A stretch of DNA of 59,588 bases, taken from positions 1 to 59,588 of IMG/VR virus record IMGVR_UViG_3300021403_000011. One strand, written 5' to 3'. The stretch comes from a virus. Taxonomy: Duplodnaviria; Caudoviricetes. A program made the position numbers and the translations under genes. Every line of letters begins with the position of its first letter. Position 1 is the first letter of the stretch. Below the pieces are notes generated by a model that saw only the letters and a list, made by a program, of their open reading frames with translations, ran no database searches and was not told where the DNA came from. This document shows positions 1 to 9,260 of this stretch, in pieces.

Positions 1-226
1 CCGCGAGTGGGACGCGGCCGAGGCGTGCTGGACGGGCGACACCTGCAGCGCGACAGTCACGATGCTGGGCCGGTACCCGCTCGACGGGCTAGAGCGCGGC
101 CAGGTCCGCCTCTCGGTGATCCTGATCCGGAAGCCCATCCTCGTGCCGGGGGACCTCGCCGAGGAGCGTCGGCGACGGGATGCCCAGGGGACGGATGACC
201 TCTAGTCGATCTATGCTCGCCGCGCT

Positions 227-508
227 GTGCGCGACGAAGACGACACCGACGTCGAGACCCTGGACGGCGACCAAGTAGTCGAGGTAACCGACGCCGAGAT
301 CGCGGCCGAGACGAGGATCGGGGACGGGGACATAGCTGCCGAAGTGACCAAGCCGCACGACGGGGGCGAGTGGCTGACCGGCTTCAACAAGGGGGTCCTG
401 GCGGGGCGGAACGACTACGAGCAGGCCCTCAAGGCCGTCCTGGGAGACGGCCCGTTCTTCGATGACATCGCGCAGAAGGTGCGGCTGGTCCTGGCGGGCG
501 GTACTTGA
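227..508 (+). CDS. hypothetical protein
   Basis: ORF with GC3-rich codons in the + strand gene run; start uncertain. Confidence 0.5.
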   Translation: MRDEDDTDVETLDGDQVVEVTDAEIAAETRIGDGDIAAEVTKPHDGGEWLTGFNKGVLAGRNDYEQALKAVLGDGPFFDDIAQKVRLVLAGGT

Positions 509-532
509 CCGCCTGCTAGGCGTACCCCCAAC

Positions 533-982
533 ATGGGGGACATGCTCCAGACGGACTTCGACACCCACGACTCCGACGTCCACCAGGAGGCGTCGACGTT
601 CCCCGCGATCCCCGGCGCGACCACCGAGGTGACGATCTACGACACCACCAGGGTCGAGGCGGGGCGGTACCAGATGGAGCCGCTGGCCGCCAGTGGCGCG
701 AAGTCCCGCTCGTGCTCGCACATCAAGGGCGCGCTGCTGTCTCTGTTCGGCGACCAGATCGTGACCGTGAAGGTCTACTACATGATCGCCGGGCAGTGGC
801 GCGCCGTGAACGGCGCCGCCGGCGCCGGCAACGCGACGACCGCGAACCAGGCGTTCGCGAAGTTCTACCCGTTCGGGGGGGACGACACGAAGATCACCTA
901 CACCACGGGCGGCACGCCGCCGACCACGCTGGGGATCTCGAACCGGCTGTCGAAGTACCCGACGGCCAACGCGATGCCGTAG
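533..982 (+). CDS. hypothetical protein, possibly virion-associated
   Basis: 149 aa, Thr/Ala/Gly-rich, typical codon usage. Confidence 0.6.
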   Translation: MGDMLQTDFDTHDSDVHQEASTFPAIPGATTEVTIYDTTRVEAGRYQMEPLAASGAKSRSCSHIKGALLSLFGDQIVTVKVYYMIAGQWRAVNGAAGAGNATTANQAFAKFYPFGGDDTKITYTTGGTPPTTLGISNRLSKYPTANAMP

Positions 983-992
983 GAGAGGAACG

Positions 993-1304
993 ATGCCCCA
1001 CCCGCAGCCGCGCCTCCGCCTCCTGCCGACACCGACGGCGTTCGACTACGTCGAGGAGGCGCTGGCCGAGCAGCACCGGGTAAACGGCCAGCTCGCGGGC
1101 GAGCTGCGCGGTATCCGCGAGGAGCTGCACGCCATGAACGGTAAGCTCGGCGAGCTCGACGGCCTGAAGAAGCGCTGGGACAGGGTGTTCCAGGCGATCC
1201 TCATCGCGGCGGCGCTCGCGGCGGTCGGCGCGGTCGCGAAGTCCTGGGCGAGGGGCGAGGAGGCGAGGGCGCAACCCCCAATGATCGAGAGGCAAACCCG
1301 ATGA
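993..1304 (+). CDS. coiled-coil protein with C-terminal TM helix (possible lysis accessory)
   Basis: AGGAGAGG SD; hydrophobic VFQAILIAAALAAVGAVA. Confidence 0.6.
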   Translation: MPHPQPRLRLLPTPTAFDYVEEALAEQHRVNGQLAGELRGIREELHAMNGKLGELDGLKKRWDRVFQAILIAAALAAVGAVAKSWARGEEARAQPPMIERQTR

Positions 1305-1573
1305 GTGATAACGGCAGGGACGACGACCAGAGCTTCAACGACACGCCGCCCCAGCTCCCGCAGGTCACGCTGAAGGAGCACCGACCGTACGTCCTGGCGC
1401 TGATCTCGATCGTCGCGCCGTTGCAGGAGGCGGTACACAGACTCACGAGCATCTGCCACGAGATCCGCGTCGCCCGCGACCCGATCGGCGCGCGGACCGT
1501 CGAGGAGATCGGGAAGGCCGGCGCTCAGATCGAGCTGGTCGGCAAGTCGATCCGCACCGCATTCGGAGGTTGA
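1301..1573 (+). CDS. hypothetical protein
   Basis: ATGA-coupled to upstream ORF. Confidence 0.55.
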   Translation: MSDNGRDDDQSFNDTPPQLPQVTLKEHRPYVLALISIVAPLQEAVHRLTSICHEIRVARDPIGARTVEEIGKAGAQIELVGKSIRTAFGG

Positions 1574-1576
1574 ACC

Positions 1577-1846
1577 ATGGACAAGAACCTGCAGCTCATC
1601 TGGACGAACCGCGTCCTCCGAGTGTTCTCGGTCATCACCGGGATCGTCGGCGGCCTGGTGGCCGTCGTCGCGATGGTCGGCGACGTCGTGAAGACCATCC
1701 AGGGTCTGGGTCTCGTGCCGAACAAGTGGCTCGGGATCGCCGGCGGCCTGGTAACCCTCGGCACGATCGCGGCGACCTACTCGAAGACGCCGTCGCAGGC
1801 GATCGCCGCCGCGGTGCCGCCGGGGAAGACGCCGCCGCCCGGGTAA
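1577..1846 (+). CDS. putative holin-like membrane protein
   Basis: 89 aa, two hydrophobic segments, GGAGG SD. Confidence 0.5.
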   Translation: MDKNLQLIWTNRVLRVFSVITGIVGGLVAVVAMVGDVVKTIQGLGLVPNKWLGIAGGLVTLGTIAATYSKTPSQAIAAAVPPGKTPPPG

Positions 1847-1849
1847 TAT
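1844..1849 (+). promoter_or_regulatory. TAATAT -10-like box overlapping upstream TAA stop, 8 nt before ATG 1858
   Basis: GGGTAATATCCCCGGGTATG; member of a recurrent motif family. Confidence 0.6.
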
Positions 1850-1857
1850 CCCCGGGT

Positions 1858-2271
1858 ATGAGCACAGCCGAGGAGCAGGAGAAGGAACGCGCCACCTACG
1901 CCCGGGGGCTCGCCCAGGGCGCGCTCGGCGGGCGCGATGGTGAGCAGGCAGTCGAGGACGCCGTGACCGAGTTGGTCATCAACCTCCTCACCATCCACGA
2001 GAGGACCATCGCGGCGAAGAACGCCTTACTGAAGGAGAATGCCCAGCTGCGCGACCAGCTCGCCGGGAACACGCGCGAGCTGCCGCCGGGCTCGACCCTG
2101 GATGACCAGCTCGAGCAGGTGGCGGCGATGGCGCGCGAGGTCTTGAAGCGCTCGGGATCGGGCGGCCGCCTGCGCTCCCTGGCCTTCCTGTGGGAGGAGG
2201 GGCGGGCCATCGTCCTGCACGCTCAGGAAGCACCGGCGCCCCTGATCCAGGTCGCGACCAGCTTCTCGTAG
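1858..2271 (+). CDS. hypothetical coiled-coil protein
   Basis: Start re-called to MSTAEEQ after the TAATAT box. Confidence 0.6.
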   Translation: MSTAEEQEKERATYARGLAQGALGGRDGEQAVEDAVTELVINLLTIHERTIAAKNALLKENAQLRDQLAGNTRELPPGSTLDDQLEQVAAMAREVLKRSGSGGRLRSLAFLWEEGRAIVLHAQEAPAPLIQVATSFS

Positions 2272-2355
2272 CCCCCCCCATCTTGACGGCCAAGTAACGC
2301 ACTGAGATTCTTTGGTCTGGGCCCCGCGGGGGTCCTCAAACCAAGGAGATCGACG

Positions 2356-2814
2356 ATGCCCAGCTTTTCCGTTTCCGGTTCCATCGCAGTGGCGGCCACC
2401 AAGACGCCGCTGATCATTGGCAGCGGTGGCACCTCGAGCCCCCGTACCCGCATCACGCAGTTCGTGCTGTCGGCCTCGGGCACGCCGTCCTCGGACGCCG
2501 GCTACGAGATGCAGGTCAAGCGCGCCACCGCGCTCGGTACCTCGACCGCGTTCACGCCGAACCCGGTGGACCCGGCCGAGACGGCCTGCGAGACCACGGC
2601 CGGCGTCAACTGTTCGGTCGAGCCGACCTACACGGCCAGCTCGCAGCTGAAGGACATCCTCTGCAACCCGCGCGCGACGTGGACCTGGATGCCCTACCAG
2701 ACCGAGGGCGAACTGGTGATCCCGGCGACCACGGCGAACGGCATCGGCTGGCAGCTTCAGTCGGCCGGCGGCGTCGGCACGAACGTCTTTGTCGACGCGA
2801 CCTTCCGCGAGTAA
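2356..2814 (+). CDS. putative virion structural protein
   Basis: AAGGAG SD, TTGACG at 2283, Ser/Thr/Gly-rich beta-type composition. Confidence 0.65.
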   Translation: MPSFSVSGSIAVAATKTPLIIGSGGTSSPRTRITQFVLSASGTPSSDAGYEMQVKRATALGTSTAFTPNPVDPAETACETTAGVNCSVEPTYTASSQLKDILCNPRATWTWMPYQTEGELVIPATTANGIGWQLQSAGGVGTNVFVDATFRE

Positions 2815-2823
2815 CATCGCGGG

Positions 2824-3048
2824 ATGATCGCGGACCCGAACAACGCGGGCGCCACAGACGTGACCGCACCGGCGCTCCCAGGACAGGGCGGCCTGGAGGA
2901 CATCCGGTGCGGTGACTGCGGCGGGCTCGTGAAGCAGGAGCGGAGCCGGTGGCGCAACCCGCCGCCGCGCTTCATCCCCGGCCCGTGCGCCGCCTGCAAG
3001 CGCGTCGAGGTGGGCGCGCCCGGCGGCCTTCCACCGCTGGTGACCTGA
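2824..3048 (+). CDS. small Zn-ribbon protein
   Basis: CGDC...CAAC; TAACAT box 6 nt upstream. Confidence 0.5.
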   Translation: MIADPNNAGATDVTAPALPGQGGLEDIRCGDCGGLVKQERSRWRNPPPRFIPGPCAACKRVEVGAPGGLPPLVT

Positions 3049-3326
3049 TGGCGGCGGGGCAGCACAGGGCGCTCGGTGCCATCCTGATCTCGATGCCGGG
3101 TCAGGCCCAGGTAGAGATCGAGACCCACACATGTCAGCACTGCAACGGCATCGTCGAGACGAAGGGTCCCGGGGTGGACCCGGGGAAGACGTCGGGCTGG
3201 TGCGGGAACTGCTTCGCGATCATCTGCATCCGCTGCGCAACGAACGGACGCTGCACGCCGTTCGAGAGGAAGCTGGAGAGGGTCGAGAGCCGCGCTCGCT
3301 TCCTGGAGTCTATCGGGCTGGGCTGA
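3048..3326 (+). CDS. Cys-rich hypothetical protein
   Basis: TGATG overlap; CQHC, CGNC, CIRC motifs. Confidence 0.6.
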   Translation: MAAGQHRALGAILISMPGQAQVEIETHTCQHCNGIVETKGPGVDPGKTSGWCGNCFAIICIRCATNGRCTPFERKLERVESRARFLESIGLG

Positions 3327-3360
3327 CCGGTGGGCCAGCGGCGGCCGAGGAGGTGAACCC

Positions 3361-3735
3361 GTGCCGCTGATCGGGAAGAGGATGGCCTCAGACGAGGCCG
3401 CGAAGCTGCCCCTGGCCCACGAGGTGCCGCCGCACCCAGACCGGGCCGCGCTCGACCGCGCGGGGACGACCGCGCGGCTGACCGCGTATGAGAAGGCCCG
3501 GGCGTATGCCCGGCCGCACTGGCACAGCTACCAGCACGCGGCGTGCGGCGAGGTCACGCATCTGCGCTATGACGACGAGGTCGTGGGCCTGGCGCAGAAC
3601 CCGCGGCGCCCCGCGCGCGCCCGCAAGGGCCTGTGGTGCGCCAGCTGCAAGGCCATGTTCCCCGTCGGGAACAACGGGGAGTTCTACTGGGTCAACACCG
3701 CCGGCACCGTCACGCAGGTGAAGGTCGGGACCTAG
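3361..3735 (+). CDS. hypothetical Zn-binding protein
   Basis: GGAGG SD; HxxCG...WCxxC...GEFYW. Confidence 0.6.
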   Translation: MPLIGKRMASDEAAKLPLAHEVPPHPDRAALDRAGTTARLTAYEKARAYARPHWHSYQHAACGEVTHLRYDDEVVGLAQNPRRPARARKGLWCASCKAMFPVGNNGEFYWVNTAGTVTQVKVGT

Positions 3736-3738
3736 CCG

Positions 3739-6294
3739 ATGGCCGGCGCGTTCAAGCAAGACCCGCTGATCCTGACCGTGTCGGGGTCCGGGACCTCGAC
3801 GACGTCGAACCCGCCCGGGTTCCCCGCGGTGACGGCCGGCAGCTCGATCCTCGCCATCGGCACCAACGACACCGGCGGCGCCGGCGACCCGAGCGTGGCC
3901 GACGATGACCCGACCAACCTCGCGGCGTACACCAAGCTCGAGGACGTCACCGACACCACGGACGGCCAGCGCTTCTACGTCTTCTGCAAGGAGAACACGA
4001 GCGCTAGCGCGGTCCGCGTCATCACCATGACCTGGACGGCCGCCGTCGCCGCGCGCGGCTTCGGCATGGCGGAGATCTCGGGCTCGATCGCGCCGGGGGG
4101 CATCGACAAGCACGTCAGTAACTTGCAGACCGCCCCCACGACGGGGACCGACGCCGTCACCAGCGGCAGCTCCGGCACGCTGTCGAAGTCCCCCAACTTC
4201 GCCGTCGCGATCTCGATGGACATGTCGGGCTCGACGGCGCCGGCGACGGGCACCGGATGGACGAGCCCGAACGCAAACTATACCGGCTGGGCGACCTACG
4301 GCGGCGTGCGCATGGAGGGCAAGAACACCTCCGCCACCACGCCGATCGCGGGCACGTTCACCGCGATCGCGAACACGATCCACATCACCGCCCTGGTCGT
4401 GTTCGACGACATCGGCTCATCGGGTGGGGCCGTGACCACGATCTCCGACGAGGCGCCGCCCCGCCGACCACCGTTCCAGTCGACCGGCGATCGCCAGGCC
4501 GAGCAGTGGACGCTCCAGCCGCTGGGGGCCTCGCAGCCGATCAAGTCCTTCCTGGCGACCGAGGGGATGGACCGGCGCCCGTCGTCCGTGCCGCGCCACA
4601 CGTCCGTGCCGTGGACGCTGACCGCCCTGGCCACGCCGACGATCAAGCCGTGGTGCGACCTCGCGCCGCCGGCGCGCGTCCCGCCCTGGGCGCGGCCGCG
4701 CGTGCTCCAGCCGGACGTCTCGATGCAGCCGCTCGGGCAGTCCTCACCCGTGCGGAACTTCCTGCACCAGCACCCGGCGATCGCGCCGCCCTGGCGCGGG
4801 CCGCGCCCCCAGCAGCAGCCCTGGGTCGGCGCGCCGATCGTGGCCTCGCTGCCCGCGCTGCTGGTCAACGACGAGGCGCAGGTCGTGCGCCCGCGCCGCA
4901 TCCGGCGCTGGGCCCCCATGGGAGCGTTGGCGCGCGCGGCGCCCAGCACCGAGAGCTTCCCGTTCGCGCCCGACGCCACGGGGCGCTTCCTCGTGGACTC
5001 CCACGGCGCGCCGGTGCCGATCATCGCGCGCACCGCCTGGGGCATCCAGAGCCTCGGCAGCTCGGACTTGGCGGAGTTCCTCGACGACACCGTGGCGCGC
5101 GGCTACACCGGGATCGAGTGCCAGATACCGTGCAACCTGGCGGCCATCCACAACAACCCGTTCGACTGCAACGGCAACCTCCCCTTCAACAAGCTGCTCG
5201 ACACGTCCACCTGGACCACCGGCTCCTTCTCCGGCAGCAAGCCCGACCTGTCCACGCCGAACGCGGCGTTCTGGGCGAACGTCGACAACATCGTCGCGGC
5301 CTGCCGCACGCGCAAGCTGTGGATGGTCTGGTTCTCCGCCTACCTCGGCATCGACAGCAGCGAGGGCTGGGAGACGACCATGACGGCCAACGGCGACCCC
5401 GCGACGATCGCGTACGGCGCGTTCGTGGCGAACCGCTATAAGCCCCAGCCCAACATCGTGTGGGGGACCGCGGGAGACACCGCCTCGGGGTTCGACGAGG
5501 AGGACGACCACATCACCGGGCTGCAGTCGGTGTCGGGCCAGCGCTCGGGGCCCCAGTTCACGGCGGAGCGCAACGGCGGGTCGATCTCGAGCGACGGCAC
5601 CGGTCCGCTCGGCGCGGCCATGACCATCAATGGTGGCTACGACTGGCCGACGGTGATCGCGCAGTGCCGGCGCGCCTACGCCTTCGGCACCACGACGCGC
5701 GCCATCCCCTCCTTCATGATCGAGGGCCCCTACGACGAGGAGGGGCCAGACGGCAACAACATCAATACCATCGCGACGCAGCCCGTCCGGCGCTGGCCCT
5801 GGTGGGCCATCATCGAGACGATCGGCGGGTTCATCCAGGGCAACGGCTACATCTGGCCGTTCAACCCGACGGGGACGCCGCCCGCGACCGACAACTGGAA
5901 ACTCCACAAGAACACGCAGACCACCCAGGACATCACGCGCCTCGCTGCCCTCTGGAAGTCCATCGCGTGGTGGACGCTGATCCCGTCTGGCCAGAGCACG
6001 ATGGGCACGCTCATCACGTCCGGGGCGGGGACCCCCGACAACGCCAACTACGTCGCGTCCGCCTGCAACCCGGCCGGGTCGCTCTGGATCGCCTACGCCG
6101 GCCCGAGCCGCGCGAGCACGTTCACCGTCGACATGACCGTGATGCGCGGGACGGCGACGGCGCAGTGGTGGAACCCGTCGACCGCCGCGTTTACCTCGGC
6201 CGGGTCGATCGCCAACACGGGCACCCACACGTTCACGGTCCCCGGCGACAATGGGACGGGGTTCTCCGACTGGGTCCTGGTGATGACGGCGTGA
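3739..6294 (+). CDS. multidomain protein: N-terminal virion-like domain, Pro-rich linker, DUF4038/GH140 (apiosidase)-like domain, C-terminal collagen-binding-like domain
   Basis: GRFLVDSHGAP..TAW, FVANRYK..PNIVW..AGD, FMIEGPYD, WWNPST...DWVLV motifs. Confidence 0.7.
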   Translation: MAGAFKQDPLILTVSGSGTSTTSNPPGFPAVTAGSSILAIGTNDTGGAGDPSVADDDPTNLAAYTKLEDVTDTTDGQRFYVFCKENTSASAVRVITMTWTAAVAARGFGMAEISGSIAPGGIDKHVSNLQTAPTTGTDAVTSGSSGTLSKSPNFAVAISMDMSGSTAPATGTGWTSPNANYTGWATYGGVRMEGKNTSATTPIAGTFTAIANTIHITALVVFDDIGSSGGAVTTISDEAPPRRPPFQSTGDRQAEQWTLQPLGASQPIKSFLATEGMDRRPSSVPRHTSVPWTLTALATPTIKPWCDLAPPARVPPWARPRVLQPDVSMQPLGQSSPVRNFLHQHPAIAPPWRGPRPQQQPWVGAPIVASLPALLVNDEAQVVRPRRIRRWAPMGALARAAPSTESFPFAPDATGRFLVDSHGAPVPIIARTAWGIQSLGSSDLAEFLDDTVARGYTGIECQIPCNLAAIHNNPFDCNGNLPFNKLLDTSTWTTGSFSGSKPDLSTPNAAFWANVDNIVAACRTRKLWMVWFSAYLGIDSSEGWETTMTANGDPATIAYGAFVANRYKPQPNIVWGTAGDTASGFDEEDDHITGLQSVSGQRSGPQFTAERNGGSISSDGTGPLGAAMTINGGYDWPTVIAQCRRAYAFGTTTRAIPSFMIEGPYDEEGPDGNNINTIATQPVRRWPWWAIIETIGGFIQGNGYIWPFNPTGTPPATDNWKLHKNTQTTQDITRLAALWKSIAWWTLIPSGQSTMGTLITSGAGTPDNANYVASACNPAGSLWIAYAGPSRASTFTVDMTVMRGTATAQWWNPSTAAFTSAGSIANTGTHTFTVPGDNGTGFSDWVLVMTA

Positions 6295-6298
6295 TGCC

Positions 6299-8134
6299 AT
6301 GCCAGAAATCGTAGAGACAGCGCAGTACCAGCAGTCGACGGACGCGCTCGCGCCCCTGGTCGCGGACCAGGGCACGTGGTTCGACCAGTCGCCGCTGCCG
6401 CCGCGCCCGCCCGTCCCGCCGGCGGTCGAGCGCGGCGCGGACGCCTGGTTCCTGTCGCCGCTGGTGGCGGCGCTGCCGTCGGTCCTGCAGCAGCTGCTGG
6501 CGACGCCCCCGCGCGCGCCCGCGGCCCGGGCCCCGATCCCCGCCCTGGAGCTGCGCCCGCTGGGGCAGTCGTCACCGGTCGGCGTCCTCGGGTGGGAGCT
6601 ACCCGGCGCGCGCCCGCCGCCGCCGGTGCCGCGCAACGCCGCCGGCGCCGACTGGCCGCTGCGCGCCTTCACCGCGTCGACGCCGCTGCTCTCGACGCTG
6701 GACCAGCCCCCGAACCGACCGCCGCCCGGCACCCCGCCGCGCATCGGCGCGCCCGCGCTCGAGCTCCGGCCCTTCACGTCGTCGACGCCGTTGCTGCCGG
6801 GCCTGGACCAGCCGACCGCGCGCGGGCCGGCGCCGGTCCCGCCGCCGCGCCCGATGGAGCAGGCGCAGCCCCTCGGCCCCGGGATCATCCTGCCCACCGG
6901 CTGGGAGGTCGCCGTCATCCTGGCCCCGCCGGTGGCGCGCGCGCGGATGGTCGCGGACGCCTTCGCGCTGGCGCCGCTCGCCCCGCAGCTCGGCGTCACC
7001 GGCTGGGAGGTGCCGCCGCTGCCGCCGCGCGCGCCGGCGCCGATCCCGCGCCCGTCCCCGCTGGCCGTGCCGCCGGGCACCATCATCCCTCAGCTGGTCA
7101 ACTCGAGCTGGGGCTGGGAGCCGCCCGGCCGTGTGCCGCCGCGCGTGCCCTGGATCCCGCGCGTCGAGCAGGCCGACCCGCCCGGCAACTTCCTGTTCCC
7201 GCCCGCCGCCTCGACCGGCTGGGAACCCCAGGGGGCGCAGCCGCGCTCGGTGCCGCGCGTCGCGCGCTTCGAGGTCGCCGGCCCGGTCGGTTCCCCCGTC
7301 GTAGTCCTGGCCCCCTCGGGCTGGGAGCCGGCCTTCCTGCGCCCGCCGGCGGCGCCGCGCCTCCCCATCCCCGGGTCATCCCTGCCCCCGGGGGCCCTGA
7401 TCCTGCCCTGGGGCTGGGACTCCGGGCCCGCCCAGGGAAGGCCGCCCGGCGCGCGCCAGATCGCCCAGGACGCCGTCCTGCCGCCCCTGGCCGTCCTGCT
7501 ACCCTACTTCGCGCCGGACGCCGGCGGGCGCGTGCTGCTGGCCCGGGCGCCCCAGCGCGTCGAGCAGGTCCCTGGGACCCAGCTCGTGGTCCTCGGCCCG
7601 ACCGGCTGGGAACCGGCCAGCCCACCGCCGCGCCGACCGTACCCGACCATGCCGGCGGCTCGTTTCCACGGCGGTGCGGACTTCGGCCTGCTGATGCCGC
7701 CGCCGGTGCTGGCAGTCTTCCTGGACGTAGAGCCCACGCTCTACCGCCAGCGGGTCCGGTACCCGGTCGAGCTGCTGATCGTCCCGCCGTCCTACCCGGT
7801 GCTGCCCGCCCCGGCCCTGCCGAAGTTCCCCCTGCCCCCGCCGTTCGTCGTCCAACTCCAGGACGAGGACGGGCCCGCGGACCTGACCGGCCTGACCGTC
7901 GTGTGCAGGACGATGCCGGCCGACCACGCGCGCGCGGTGCGCGTCGAATCCGCCGACGTGGTCGACGCCCTCCGCGGGATCGTCCAGAAGGCGTGGACCG
8001 AGCAGGACCTACGCGGGATCCCGACGGGGGACATGCTGGTGCAGTTCGTGACGATCGACGGCGCGGGTCGACCGCGGACCTACCCTGGGGGCGGGCGCTA
8101 CTACCACGTCGAGATCACGGGGAGGACCAGGTGA
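6299..8134 (+). CDS. Pro-rich repeat protein with C-terminal BppU-like domain
   Basis: Repeated xGWE-PxxPPR units; C-terminal VQLQDEDGPADLTG..VDALRGIV..W..TYP. Confidence 0.6.
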   Translation: MPEIVETAQYQQSTDALAPLVADQGTWFDQSPLPPRPPVPPAVERGADAWFLSPLVAALPSVLQQLLATPPRAPAARAPIPALELRPLGQSSPVGVLGWELPGARPPPPVPRNAAGADWPLRAFTASTPLLSTLDQPPNRPPPGTPPRIGAPALELRPFTSSTPLLPGLDQPTARGPAPVPPPRPMEQAQPLGPGIILPTGWEVAVILAPPVARARMVADAFALAPLAPQLGVTGWEVPPLPPRAPAPIPRPSPLAVPPGTIIPQLVNSSWGWEPPGRVPPRVPWIPRVEQADPPGNFLFPPAASTGWEPQGAQPRSVPRVARFEVAGPVGSPVVVLAPSGWEPAFLRPPAAPRLPIPGSSLPPGALILPWGWDSGPAQGRPPGARQIAQDAVLPPLAVLLPYFAPDAGGRVLLARAPQRVEQVPGTQLVVLGPTGWEPASPPPRRPYPTMPAARFHGGADFGLLMPPPVLAVFLDVEPTLYRQRVRYPVELLIVPPSYPVLPAPALPKFPLPPPFVVQLQDEDGPADLTGLTVVCRTMPADHARAVRVESADVVDALRGIVQKAWTEQDLRGIPTGDMLVQFVTIDGAGRPRTYPGGGRYYHVEITGRTR

Positions 8135-8466
8135 CGCCAGACTTCGAGATCGGGCAGGGGGACCTGCTGCCTCCCTTCCAGCGCCAGCTCCTGAACGCGG
8201 ACGGCACGGCGGAGGACCTCACGGGGAAGACGGTCATCTGGCGGGTCAGGACGCCGGGCTGCTGCGCGCGGGAGCTCGAGTCGACCGGGACGATCGTCGA
8301 CGCCCGGGGCGGGTACGTCTCGCACGACTGGCAGGCAGCGGAGACCCTGACCCCGGGCATCGTCTACGTCTATGCGGTGGCGACCGCGGCTGGATCGGAG
8401 CCGCGCGCCTACCCGCCGCCGCCCCTCGGGTGCTGGACGGTGCGGGTGCTGCCTCAGCTCCGGTAG
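8131..8466 (+). CDS. BppU-like domain protein
   Basis: GTGA overlap, GGAGG SD; FEIGQGDLLP..DLTG..VDARGGYV..W; resembles the upstream C-terminus. Confidence 0.6.
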   Translation: MTPDFEIGQGDLLPPFQRQLLNADGTAEDLTGKTVIWRVRTPGCCARELESTGTIVDARGGYVSHDWQAAETLTPGIVYVYAVATAAGSEPRAYPPPPLGCWTVRVLPQLR

Positions 8467-9203
8467 GGGATCACCGCCAGGACGGTCCGCACGTTCGTCC
8501 CCGACTCGCGGAACGCGCCATCCGGGAGGTCCTCGATGTACCCGCCGCCCGAGTCGACGACGGCGCGAAACTCCTGCGCGATCCGGTCCTGCCGGAAGCG
8601 CGCGCCAGCCGACATCACCGCCGCGAGCACGCCGCCGCGCTTCAGGAACTTCAGCGCGTGGAGCACGTGGGCGACATCCTGTCGCTTCGCGAACGGCGGG
8701 TTCATGATGACGCGGTCGTAGAGCGGGATCGGCGTGACCGCGAGGAAGTCAGCCTCCTCGGTCACCACCGGCAACCCGGCGAACACAGCGCGCAGGTAGG
8801 CGCAGTGCTTCGCCTGGACCTCGTAGCAGTCGACGACCTCCGCGAGGTCGGCGACCCGCCGGACGAGCGCGCCGCGCCCGGCGCTCGGCTCGAGGATCTT
8901 GTGCCCCGGCTTCACGTCCGCCTCGTCGACCAGCAGGCCGGCGACCACCTCGGGGGTCTCGAAGAAGCCGAAGTCCTGGGGTCGAGCCACCTCTCCCGTC
9001 AGGACGATCTGGTCGAGCGCGTCGGCCGCGCCGCCGTCAGATAGATGGGCCTTGTCCTTCCGCGACCACTTCCAGCCGGCCGCCTCCAGGACCTTGTTCA
9101 CCTTCTCGTAGGTCTTCCTCTCGAGCTGCTCGGGCAGGTACAGCTTGTCCGCCTCGGTGCGGCAGTTCGCCAGGATGAGCATCACGTCGTCAGTCACTCG
9201 CAT
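8454..9203 (-). CDS. class I SAM-dependent (probably adenine DNA) methyltransferase
   Basis: FFETP, LEPSAGRG (motif I), MNPPF (motif IV), FRESGTNV; GAGGAG SD. Confidence 0.85.
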   Translation of the reverse strand: MRVTDDVMLILANCRTEADKLYLPEQLERKTYEKVNKVLEAAGWKWSRKDKAHLSDGGAADALDQIVLTGEVARPQDFGFFETPEVVAGLLVDEADVKPGHKILEPSAGRGALVRRVADLAEVVDCYEVQAKHCAYLRAVFAGLPVVTEEADFLAVTPIPLYDRVIMNPPFAKRQDVAHVLHALKFLKRGGVLAAVMSAGARFRQDRIAQEFRAVVDSGGGYIEDLPDGAFRESGTNVRTVLAVIPYRS

Positions 9204-9260
9204 GGGGTCTCCTCTCTGCGCTTGTTATTACCCCGCGTCGATCGCGTAACATCGGGCGAC

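Noticed and set aside
9045-9260. ORF-track N-terminal extension of terL-N
   Set aside because: Overlaps the - strand methyltransferase; GTG 9261 after TAACAT fits better
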